Below, in pieces: positions 13,077-23,529 of a stretch of DNA of 64,000 nucleotides. Source of the DNA: Oopsacas minuta (taxonomy: Eukaryota > Animalia > Porifera); assembly GCA_024704765.1 (NCBI GenBank), contig JAKMXF010000033.1:682001-746000 (forward strand), given 5' to 3'. The translations under genes were made by a program, and so were the position numbers. Below the pieces are notes generated by a model. The model had not been told where the DNA came from. It made no database searches and worked only from the letters and a program-made list of their open reading frames with translations. The first letter of the stretch is position 1. Each line of letters begins with the position of its first letter.

Positions 13077-14576
13077 TTAATTATTTTCCTTAATTGGTAA
13101 TAGACGCAACTTTAATGGAGTTTTTAGTTTATTCAAGATATCCCTTTCATACGTTAACTCTGATTCCAGGAAGGGTTCTTGAAATTCTAATCTGTATTTC
13201 TTCAAGATGAGACTACATACCACTCTCAACTCATTCATTGCGAATACCTGTCCTATGCAGTTTCTCTCTCCCGCTGAAAATGGGATATAATTGTACGGGG
13301 AGACTTTGTTAATGTTTTCCTTTGAGAATCTCATTGGATCGAATTTACATGGGTCAGGCCATACATTTTTGTTTGTGTGTAAGGTAAGGATAGCAATCTC
13401 AACTAACGAACCACGTGGTACTAAATACCCTCCTAAGGATACCGGAGTATCAACCTCCCTGATAACAGAATATACAGGACTTTGTAGTCTCATCGTTTCC
13501 TTTATAAACATAGTCAGAAATTCGAGTTTTGGTAAATCTTGTAATTCTAAATCGTGCTCATTGAAATAATTCATAATTTCGTTTCGGCAGGTTTCTTGAT
13601 GTTCTGGGTATAGCGTTAAGTAACAGAGTATCCAGGTTAATGCAGTAGCAGTAGTGTCGTGTCCCTCAAATACAAACGTATCTATTTCATCACATATTTC
13701 TTGATCAGTCAATCTATTCCCATTTTGATCTCTCGTTGTTAATAAAATGTTAATGAAATCTACTTCTTGTTTATTACTCGAACCATTACTGGATAATTTG
13801 TCTACATGTTCTGCAATAAGATTACGTGTAAAGGCTCGTGATCTTTTACTAGCTTGTTTGTAAAGCCTACCAGTGGGAGTTAGGTAAAAATACAAATCAA
13901 TTTTGTAGAGGTTATGCAGGAAACGCAATAATGAAATATGTGTGAGCATATTGACATCGTTTACATAAGGTATTGTCTCTCTCTTAACTTGACAATTTGT
14001 TTCTAAAGACCCGATACACTGCATAAGGATATCCAATGTTAAATACTGAGCGAATTCCTGTACAACAATCTCACCACCATTAACGGATAATTCTTCCCAT
14101 AAATCTAGCATTACATGAGTTGCCTTACAATATACAGGTAAGAATGAAGATAGGATTGAGTAATGGAATGCTGGTGTTAACAGCTTTCTGTTTCGCTGCC
14201 ACTTTCTACCATTTGACGATAACAAGCCATCTCCAATCCAGCGATCAAGCATTAGTCTGTAGATTGAGGGCTTAGGAGGTTTTTGTCCTAAAAAATATTT
14301 TATAGTTTCGGGATCACTGATACTCAGAAAGACAAACGGACCGAGGAAGTATCGACAAATTTGTGGGTATTTTTCATTATATTTCCGCTTAAAATCTCTA
14401 ATTTCTGAGAGATCACCAGCTGTTAGATCGACCTCATGACGTAATAGCCAATTATAAGGAGGACCAGGTAACCGCAGATAGAACACAAACCTTTTTACAA
14501 ATCTGATGACGTAATATGTTATTGTTATCAAAAGCAATGCACATATTATTGTACCTCCTACCCGAGAGATCATCAT
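13077..14576 (-). CDS. CYP4: Cytochrome P450, CYP4 clan
   Basis: N-terminal membrane anchor, PGPP hinge, I-helix FEGHDTTA, ETMR (ExxR), heme motif FSAGERNCIG. Confidence 0.95.
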   Translation of the reverse strand: MMISRVGGTIICALLLITITYYVIRFVKRFVFYLRLPGPPYNWLLRHEVDLTAGDLSEIRDFKRKYNEKYPQICRYFLGPFVFLSISDPETIKYFLGQKPPKPSIYRLMLDRWIGDGLLSSNGRKWQRNRKLLTPAFHYSILSSFLPVYCKATHVMLDLWEELSVNGGEIVVQEFAQYLTLDILMQCIGSLETNCQVKRETIPYVNDVNMLTHISLLRFLHNLYKIDLYFYLTPTGRLYKQASKRSRAFTRNLIAEHVDKLSSNGSSNKQEVDFINILLTTRDQNGNRLTDQEICDEIDTFVFEGHDTTATALTWILCYLTLYPEHQETCRNEIMNYFNEHDLELQDLPKLEFLTMFIKETMRLQSPVYSVIREVDTPVSLGGYLVPRGSLVEIAILTLHTNKNVWPDPCKFDPMRFSKENINKVSPYNYIPFSAGERNCIGQVFAMNELRVVCSLILKKYRLEFQEPFLESELTYERDILNKLKTPLKLRLLPIKENN

Positions 14577-14765
14577 TCAATATGAAATTCAATAACAAAG
14601 TTTGTTTTTCCATAGCCTATATTTGATTACCAATTTAGAGCCTAGATAGTATCCCATTACATGTGCTAGTCATAATCGCTCTGCTAGTGACCAGAGAAAT
14701 GATAGTTAGAAAAATTCACCAACTCTTTACCTTACATTTCCTTTGCATTAGCTACATATATCGCT

Positions 14766-15536
14766 ATGTACAGGTATATAATTACTTGTATAATCCTGTT
14801 TTTCTATAATTGTCCTGTTACCCCTCAAGAGAATTGCTTGGTAACTAACAGGTACGCGTATCCAGAACTATATTCAGGTACTGGTGGTTATCAACACGCA
14901 CTACACTGGTCGAAAGCACAGATCTCTAGACCAGCTCCTGCCTTTAATGGTACTGCTGTAATAAATGGAGAATTTACGCGTATTTCTTTAGAGGATTATA
15001 TAGGAAAATATCTTGTCCTATTCTTCTATCCGCTTGACTTTACATTTGTTTGTCCAACAGAGATTATTGCATTCAATGATAACATTCATAGATTCAAGGA
15101 AATCAATACAGAAGTTTTAGCTTGTAGTGTTGATTCTGAATACACACACATGGCTTGGATTAATACACCGCGTATGGAAGGAGGTCTTGGGCCCGTTAGC
15201 ATACCAATACTCAGTGATCTCACGAGACAGATAACCAAAGATTATGGAGTACTTTTAGAGAATGAGGGATATTCTTTGCGAGGATTGTTCATAATAGATG
15301 GGAAAGGAATTCTAAGACAGATCACCATGAATGATCTTCCTGTTGGTCGATCTGTTGATGAAACACTGAGGCTAGTCCAAGCATTTCAATTCACAGACAA
15401 ACATGGAGAGGTGTGTCCAGCTGGTTGGACTCCTGGAGGGGAGACTATCGTACCAAGCCCCTCTGAAAAACTGAAATATTTTAGGAAGAAATGCAATGAA
15501 CAAAATGATGAATCTACTATCGAAGTAGAAGTGTAG
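14766..15536 (+). CDS. PRDX4: Peroxiredoxin-4 (secretory typical 2-Cys Prx)
   Basis: Signal peptide, FTFVCPTEI and GEVCPAGW motifs, [15 protein letters not shown] as in Prx4. Confidence 0.95.
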   Translation: MYRYIITCIILFFYNCPVTPQENCLVTNRYAYPELYSGTGGYQHALHWSKAQISRPAPAFNGTAVINGEFTRISLEDYIGKYLVLFFYPLDFTFVCPTEIIAFNDNIHRFKEINTEVLACSVDSEYTHMAWINTPRMEGGLGPVSIPILSDLTRQITKDYGVLLENEGYSLRGLFIIDGKGILRQITMNDLPVGRSVDETLRLVQAFQFTDKHGEVCPAGWTPGGETIVPSPSEKLKYFRKKCNEQNDESTIEVEV

Positions 15537-16170
15537 TGCTCAATGCTTTTGCATAGCTATCTTGTACTATTAGTAATAATTAGGATTGGTATTGCGTTAT
15601 TTGCATGTTTAATTATTAAAATATTCGTTGTGATATTAGTTATGTACGTAGAGTTACAAATTTTGTGGGAGTAACATAACTATATCACTTATGTACATTG
15701 ATCATTCCTCGAATCTCCGTGGACTTGTAATCTCCACTAAAATACTCAATGCAAATATCTTTAATTTTTAGGATAGCTATAGTGCAACAAATTCTGGTAT
15801 GAGTTTCTTTTGTTACAGAATTGCTCGGAGCTGCAATAAATTTTTTCTCTTTGTTGTTGTGTATTCTAAAACCATACAGTATGATGTAGGAACTAACAAT
15901 TATCTACAACAATACAAGTTATTATTATCAAACTACCAGTAGACTCATTATTAGCATTTTAAAACGGACAATAAGGGACCATCAATTCTATTTTTTATGA
16001 ACATATGAATCAGATAACAATATCATTCCTTGGCCAAACTTACAAATAATCTTAGAAGGTCTTACCCAACAGCAACATTCTAATCTCTGAACTATTCCCC
16101 AATCATAGCTGTATATAGCAGATGTGCATTGCATTATATCTGCAATAGCATAGAATAAACAGCTGATAAC

Positions 16171-17585
16171 ATGCAGGAGCAAGAAGGCATCCAAATAATC
16201 GAATGGAAAGATCTGAACAAAACTAAATTCCTATTATTAAGTCCTGCATTCTTTTTTGGAGTTCGCCTCTGTCTCTATCCAACCATCTTAGTGAAGACAC
16301 GACTACAAGTTCAAGCTAAGAAACAAGTGTATAGAGGAGCAATAGATGCATTATTTAAGATATCAAAACAAGAAGGGGTAAGAGGTCTTTACAAAGGATT
16401 CTTTGTGAACAGCCTCGGGTTGATATCTGGACAAGTATACATCATTACTTATGAACTACTACGTGGAAAATTATCTAATCATGCTCCTGCTATAAAAGGG
16501 TTTGTAGCTGGTGGTATAGCATCTATTTTAGCTCAGAGTATTACAGTACCAGTTGATGTGTTATCTCAATACAGAATGGTAATGGGAGCAGGTAGTGATC
16601 TAGGTAATCAGGATGCATTGTCATTATTCAAAGGACAGAATAAACAGCTCAGTAGTTATCAGATAGCTAAGATTATTTTCAAGGAGCATGGACTAATTGG
16701 TTAGCGATTGTTGAACAAGTTTTTCTTTGTCAATTAGTTACAGTGTAGCCTCAACAAACGGGGGCAGCCAGGGACACCGAAAATGCTACCCGTTTAAGGA
16801 GGTTTATTTGTATAGATTATGGTGCTTCGCTTTAACTTTCCATGTATCTACAGGTTTCTACCGAGGCTACTTTGTATCTCTAATGACATTTACTCCTAGC
16901 TCTGCTATCTGGTGGGCCTGCTACTCAGGATTACTCCCCTTACTCAATCCAGTTCTAATAATCGGAGTTCCTATAGTAATGCTACAAGCTTTATCAGGTG
17001 TTACAGCTGCTGTATCTTCAGCTCTGCTTACTAATCCTATTGATGTTATACGTACTAGATTACAGGTAGATTGATATACTCAGGTTACTGATTTTAACGA
17101 CATAAGCCCTAAGGCAGCGTTTCCCAACCTAGGGTCGATATGGGAGGGAATGTGTAAATTGGTATAGGGGTCAGGCGAAGAACGTTGGGAACTGCAGCCC
17201 TAAGGTAAGCGAGGCAATGTGGGCTACAAAGCCAACTCAGGATTCAGTGTGAAGTATAACTAAAAACTCTATACGCATATACTAGAGTTCACACCCATAA
17301 GAATATTATATTATTAGAACATTATCTTTAGCTATTATATTGACACTTATTTTTGAATGTTTCCATATTTAGGTTGGTAGTAGGAGAACATTCTTAGGAG
17401 AAGTATACCATCTACTGAGTTCTGAGGGAGTTATGGGATTAACTAAAGGACTGTCTGCAAGATTAACAGCTGCTATTCCTTTCAGCATTTGTGTTATAGT
17501 GACTTATGAGTTTGTTAAGAAAATGAGTCTCAAATCACCAGAGGATAGAATTGTTGGACCAAACAACTCGAAAAGCTCATTTTAA
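16171..17585 (+). CDS. SLC25A44: Mitochondrial carrier SLC25A44-like; exons 16171-16699, 16854-17065, 17373-17585 (317 aa)
   Basis: IEWKDLNK N-terminus and three carrier repeats (PTILVKTRLQ, PVDVLSQ, PIDVIRTRLQ). GT-AG introns join in frame (954 nt). Confidence 0.88.
16739..16812. mobile_element. MITE family A (TA-flanked), copy in SLC25A44 intron 1
   Basis: TACAGTGTAGCCTCAACAAACGGG...GGAGGTTTATTTGTA; homologous copies at 17797 and 50349. Confidence 0.7.
17107..17205. mobile_element. hAT-type MITE (17115-17197) with an 8-bp target-site duplication, in SLC25A44 intron 2
   Basis: TIRs CAGCGTTTCCCAAC / GTTGGGAACTGCAG flanked by the direct repeat CCCTAAGG (17107-17114 and 17198-17205). Confidence 0.8.
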
Positions 17586-17796
17586 TTCATCAAATTGACA
17601 ACAAATTTTATGCCAACACGCACTTCACTACAAATTCGAATCACAGTTTCTTAACCACTAAGTGTGTACTGAGTACATGCTGTGTACATTTTAATATATT
17701 AGAATTATTCAAAATGAGGTATTATTAAGAATATTCTGTTTGGGGGGAATCAAGAAGAATTGTAGAAAATATCGAAATTCTTGCACTTTAATCAAG

Positions 17797-17887
17797 TACA
17801 GTGTAGCCTCTACAAACAGGGTGTCATGAACGCCGGAGATACTACTTCATTTCTGCTAAATTCTCCGTTTGTGGAGGTTTATTTGTA
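17797..17887. mobile_element. MITE family A copy
   Basis: TACAGTGTAGCCTCTACAAAC...GTTTGTGGAGGTTTATTTGTA; imperfect TIR, TA ends. Confidence 0.7.
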
Positions 17888-18055
17888 CGCGACTAGGAAA
17901 TCGCTCTGTTTATTTTTCACTCCATTTCCAGAGGCCCCGTTCGTAGAGGTTTTACTGTGATCATGCTATCATATGTTGGGTCTGAAGTTCGTACTACAAT
18001 TTATTGGCTAATAAACGTATAAGAAATAGCTTGCATTTATGTGTAGCATTATTGG

Positions 18056-18804
<749 letters not shown>

Positions 18805-18898
18805 TTTTATTTATTTCTGTTTAGTATAAATAGGATAGTAGATTGAATTAGATAGTTATCTATCCAAAATATGTATTACGTACTACAAAAGATCAATT

Positions 18899-20188
18899 TC
18901 ACGAAAGTTTATCCAGTTTCTCCTTCATTAACTTTAACTTAACTATAGCAGCTGCTAGTGTACTGTCCTTCTTAGCGAAACATAGTCTAACCAGCGTATC
19001 TCCTATCACTGTGTTCTGCTTACCACAGAATGGAGTAACAGGTATCACTGCTAGTCCCACTTCTCTTATCATCCACTTAACAAATGTGAAGTCATAAGAT
19101 TCTGTTGACGTATCAGCAGTAGCGAGTATAGCCATCAGTCTAGGTATCCTCATCATCATGAAGTAGGTACCAGAAGGCTTTATAGGAGACAAGCCTATCT
19201 CTACAAGAGCAGTGAAGAGAGTGTCTCTCTTTCTTTCTAGATCCCTCCTCAACTCACACAGATACCCCTCCGATGTTCCCATGAATCCTGCCACTCTCTT
19301 TACTCCCTCCCCTACTGCTAGTTGTAACGGAGTACATCCACAGTATGCGGTCTCCTTCAGCACCTCCTCCATCCTACTGATCAGGTCTGCAGGACCTACA
19401 GCCCAGCCTAGCTTCCATCCCGTCACAGAGAACATCTTACCCGCTGAGAACACAGACACGGTCCTCTTCCACATACCTTCAACAGCTGCTACTCTCACTA
19501 GTTCTCTCCCCTCATACGTCATCCACTCGTACACCTCGTCTGACAATAACAACAGGTTGTGTCTCTTACAGAGGTCAGCTACTATCTTTATCTCCTCTTT
19601 GCTCATAGACTTGCCTAGAGGATTGTTAGGGTTGTTCAGGAGAAGAAGGCTAGTGCTAGAGGAAACAGCTGATTCTAATCTTGTGGGATCTAGTCTCCAT
19701 TCATCTGTACTGCTAGGTCCTGTAGTGTTATGAGGAGGAGTGAATGGTACGAATACAGGGATAGCTCCACACAGTTCTATTAGAGATGCATAACTCTCAA
19801 AGGCTGGTTCTAGTAAGATAACTTCGTCACCAGGTTTTATCAGGGCTCTCAATGCTATATATAATATACCATCAGCTCCAAAGTTGCTAATCACCTCATT
19901 TTCTTCAATATCATGCCTCAGAACCGGTGAGTACAGCTGACAGATAGCCTGAATGAGAGAGGGGTGTCCTCTGGAAGGAGATATGGAATGAGATGAGGGG
20001 TCTCTTGCTACTCTACCCAGGGCCACAAGCAAGAAGTCAGGAGATGCAAAATCAGGAAATCCCATTCCCAGATTAATAACATCTCTACCTTTCGACAGAG
20101 CATTAAATACCACCCACATGTTATCAGTCTCTTCCTGGAAATATTCGGCAACGAAGCGCTTCTTAGATAATAAGGGTTTGTTACTCAT
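18899..20188 (-). CDS. KYAT: Kynurenine aminotransferase / cysteine-S-conjugate beta-lyase (KYAT1/3-like), copy A
   Basis: Class I PLP aminotransferase motifs INLGMGFPD, NNPNNPLG, SDEVY, SAGKMFSVTGWKLGW. Met 20188 aligns with the start of copy B; an upstream ATG exists at 20203. Confidence 0.9.
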   Translation of the reverse strand: MSNKPLLSKKRFVAEYFQEETDNMWVVFNALSKGRDVINLGMGFPDFASPDFLLVALGRVARDPSSHSISPSRGHPSLIQAICQLYSPVLRHDIEENEVISNFGADGILYIALRALIKPGDEVILLEPAFESYASLIELCGAIPVFVPFTPPHNTTGPSSTDEWRLDPTRLESAVSSSTSLLLLNNPNNPLGKSMSKEEIKIVADLCKRHNLLLLSDEVYEWMTYEGRELVRVAAVEGMWKRTVSVFSAGKMFSVTGWKLGWAVGPADLISRMEEVLKETAYCGCTPLQLAVGEGVKRVAGFMGTSEGYLCELRRDLERKRDTLFTALVEIGLSPIKPSGTYFMMMRIPRLMAILATADTSTESYDFTFVKWMIREVGLAVIPVTPFCGKQNTVIGDTLVRLCFAKKDSTLAAAIVKLKLMKEKLDKLS

Positions 20189-20471
20189 GAAAATTTCTAT
20201 CAATGATTTAATTTAATATTATAAATTGGTTTATCAATTGAGTATTTATGAATGTATGTATATCCCTATAGTATCATTTATATCATGAAATTGCAGGGAA
20301 CCGTATGAGACAGTCCAGTTGGTCCTGTTTCCAACAGGACCACCTTTGGACTGCTAATAGAAATAGTATTAGTCAACCGGGAGAACCTAAAACGTCATAG
20401 AAATTTTGATCATATATTGGGATATTATTTCATAAGAGTCTTAAACGTATTCATCATAATTAGATATTTTC

Positions 20472-21761
20472 ATGAGCAATCAAACAGTGTTATCCAAGAA
20501 GCGATTCGTTGCCAAAGGATTACAAGAAGACCGTGAGAGTCTGTGGGTAGTGTTCAATGCTATGATAGAAGGAAGAGAGGTTATTAATCTGGGGCAAGGG
20601 TTTCCTGATTTTGCCTCTCCTGACTTCTTGCTTGAAGCGTTGGGTAGAGTAGCAAGAGACCCATCAGCTCACTCCTTATCTCCTTCCAGAGGACACCCCT
20701 CTCTAATTCAGGCTATCTGTCAGCTGTATTCCTCGTTCCTTGGGCGTGAGATAGGAGAAAATGAAGTTATTAGTTTCGTTGGAGCATACGGTATATTATA
20801 CTTAGCATTGAGAGCCCTGATAAAACCTGGTGACGAAGTTATCTTACTAGAACCAGCCTTTGAGAGTTATGCATCTCTAATAGAACTGTGTGGAGCTATC
20901 CCTGTATTCGTACCATTCACTCCTCCTCATAACACTACAGGACCTAGCAGTACAGATGAATGGAGACTAGATCCCACAAGATTAGAATCAGCTGTTTCCT
21001 CTAGCACTAGCCTTCTTCTCCTGAACAACCCTAACAATCCTCTAGGCAAGTCTATGAGCAAAGAGGAGATAAAGATAGTAGCTGACCTCTGTAAGAGACA
21101 CAACCTGTTGTTATTGTCAGACGAGGTGTACGAGTGGATGACGTATGAGGGGAGAGAACTAGTGAGAGTAGCAGCTGTTGAAGGTATGTGGAAGAGGACC
21201 GTGTCTGTGTTCTCAGCGGGTAAGATGTTCTCTGTGACGGGATGGAAGCTAGGCTGGGCTGTAGGTCCTGCAGACCTGATCAGTAGGATGGAGGAGGTGC
21301 TGAAGGAGACCGCATACTGTGGATGTACTCCGTTACAACTAGCAGTAGGGGAGGGAGTAAAGAGAGTGGCAGGATTCATGGGAACATCGGAGGGGTATCT
21401 GTGTGAGTTGAGGAGGGATCTAGAAAGAAAGAGAGACACTCTCTTCACTGCTCTTGTAGAGATAGGCTTGTCTCCTATAAAGCCTTCTGGTACCTACTTC
21501 ATGATGATGAGGATACCTAGACTGATGGCTATACTCGCTACTGCTGATACGTCAACAGAATCTTATGACTTCACATTTGTTAAGTGGATGATAAGAGAAG
21601 TGGGACTAGCAGTGATACCTGTTACTCCATTCTGTGGTAAGCAGAACACAGTGATAGGAGATACGCTGGTTAGACTATGTTTCGCTAAGAAGGACAGTAC
21701 ACTAGCAGCTGCTATAGTTAAGTTAAAGTTAATGAAGGAGAAACTGGATAAACTTTCGTGA
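20472..21761 (+). CDS. KYAT: KYAT1/3-like, copy B
   Basis: Same motifs; identical to copy A from ALRALIKPG onward. Confidence 0.9.
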   Translation: MSNQTVLSKKRFVAKGLQEDRESLWVVFNAMIEGREVINLGQGFPDFASPDFLLEALGRVARDPSAHSLSPSRGHPSLIQAICQLYSSFLGREIGENEVISFVGAYGILYLALRALIKPGDEVILLEPAFESYASLIELCGAIPVFVPFTPPHNTTGPSSTDEWRLDPTRLESAVSSSTSLLLLNNPNNPLGKSMSKEEIKIVADLCKRHNLLLLSDEVYEWMTYEGRELVRVAAVEGMWKRTVSVFSAGKMFSVTGWKLGWAVGPADLISRMEEVLKETAYCGCTPLQLAVGEGVKRVAGFMGTSEGYLCELRRDLERKRDTLFTALVEIGLSPIKPSGTYFMMMRIPRLMAILATADTSTESYDFTFVKWMIREVGLAVIPVTPFCGKQNTVIGDTLVRLCFAKKDSTLAAAIVKLKLMKEKLDKLS

Positions 21762-21943
21762 AATATATATTATAGGGAGAGTGTAATATAAATCATCTCC
21801 ACTACTGGCCTGTCTAGTGCCATTTCTTTACAATATATGTCATATGTATCCGTTTCCGATTTCTGATCCTCTATTACCGTCTTTTAGCTATCAGTACTAA
21901 AATTATAAATCTTAGCTATTCTCCTTTTATTATTACACCGAAG

Positions 21944-22567
21944 ATGCAACCAGCTAGCTTCATTATAACGTTCTTCCTTCTGAGTACAGTACTGTCTCCT
22001 ATTCATTGTCAAATACAGTACTCATTCTATCCAATTAAGAAAGCATTCTCGTTAGATGAACATGTCTTATTCAGATTCACTCTTACTAATAATTATGATA
22101 CTGGTTTATTGTACCTTCCTTGGGGTACTCCACTAGAGAAGTATCCAGGAGAGCTACTAAGGATAACTGGCGAACAAAGTGAAGTGAATTTTATCTGTCC
22201 AGTTGCCAGTCGTCTTTCTCCTACAGCTGATGACTACAAGTTCCTTCCTGCAGGATCTACTGAAAATGTGCTATATAATGTATCAGTATGCTACACAATT
22301 GATACAGCTGGTGAATACACAGCTAATTATAGCCGGTATTTACCAGCTAAACTAGTTTATGCTGTGACTGCCTTTACCAGCTATGACTCATTCTCATCAG
22401 CAGTACTATCTATTGATAACATAAGATTCTGTGTAGGTGACACTTGTAACCTCCCACCTATAATACCAGAGCTATTCAATGTTACTCTAATATCTTCTAG
22501 CTCAACTCTATTACCAGAATATATGCTAATCTTTATTTACTGTGTTGTTATTACCATAATGTTTTGA
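21944..22567 (+). CDS. Secreted or membrane-anchored protein resembling a stand-alone M35 metallopeptidase prodomain, copy A
   Basis: Signal peptide; FTLTN...LPWGTPL...R..PTADDY..LPAG...Y.I..AGEY; hydrophobic C-terminus; no HExxH. Confidence 0.7.
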   Translation: MQPASFIITFFLLSTVLSPIHCQIQYSFYPIKKAFSLDEHVLFRFTLTNNYDTGLLYLPWGTPLEKYPGELLRITGEQSEVNFICPVASRLSPTADDYKFLPAGSTENVLYNVSVCYTIDTAGEYTANYSRYLPAKLVYAVTAFTSYDSFSSAVLSIDNIRFCVGDTCNLPPIIPELFNVTLISSSSTLLPEYMLIFIYCVVITIMF

Positions 22568-23223
22568 TACTAATTTATATTGTATAGTATTTCTTTTTAG
22601 ATATGAATGTTATTACAGTTTCTTAGATAAATCATATAACAATTATGAGTCGAATGAGTAACATATAATTGGGATATCAATGCTGCTTGGGACAGTTTTC
22701 TTTATTTAATTTCTATTTAAATATGTGTAGAGTTGCTGTTATATTACATTATATTTGATGCTCTTTTATGACATGTTTATTGCCCAGACTTGTAGTACAT
22801 AGTGTAATTCACAAAATCAAGGTTTTGCTAATAACTGGCACAATACTATCTGAATAACGCTGTACTGTATGTACCATTAATCCATGGTTTATGTAACTAT
22901 GTGTAGCCAGCAATAGTAATTTACTTGTTACTGTAGAATGTTATTTACTTGTATTATTTATCAAATATAATTTATTGAATTTTCAATATGAGATTACACA
23001 AGAGGAATATGTTAATTTCTTATGAATGAAGTATAGAATTTAGGATAGAGGCCTGTTCTTTACAATTCGAAATACAGTAGAAACCAGTTTTTCTTACTAT
23101 TTCTTTGCAAAAATAAATATTTGTGGTTTTCAGGTTTTAAAATTTAAAATTTTTAGCGAAAAATATGATGGATAGTTCTAAATTCAATATTATTCATAAA
23201 ATATTTGCAGCCAAACTATTAGT

Positions 23224-23285
23224 TACCTTACTATAGGAAATTAACGCGAATGCTCCAATTCGCGTTAATTTCCTATAGTAAGGTA
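23224..23285. repeat. Perfect 28-bp inverted repeat with a 6-nt loop
   Basis: TACCTTACTATAGGAAATTAACGCGAAT-GCTCCA-ATTCGCGTTAATTTCCTATAGTAAGGTA. Confidence 0.95.
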
Positions 23286-23529
23286 TATAAAAATTCTTGA
23301 ATAGTGGGAAGGTGAAGAATTTCTTTTCTTTCAAATAGTGTGAATTTTATGGTACATTTGCTTTCCTTTCATAATTTTTGCTAGAGGCCAGACAAAAGTT
23401 TCAATTACTGGAAATTGGTGTTCAATCGAATGGTGAAACACAATCATTTATCTCTAAAAGAATAGCTGGTAAAGGCTGTCACAGAATGAATTAGTTAGCT
23501 GATAAATTCACACCGAAATTAGCTTTGTA

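Larger units (their letters stand above)
18896..21764. repeat. Large inverted repeat: 962-bp arms (18896-19857 and 20803-21764) with a diverged centre
   Basis: The sense proteins and the 173-aa antisense ORFs (19212-19733, 20927-21448) translate identically. Boundaries were read by eye. Confidence 0.9.

Noticed and set aside
19212-21448. Two identical 173-aa antisense ORFs
   Set aside because: Shadows of the KYAT genes; used only as evidence of arm identity.
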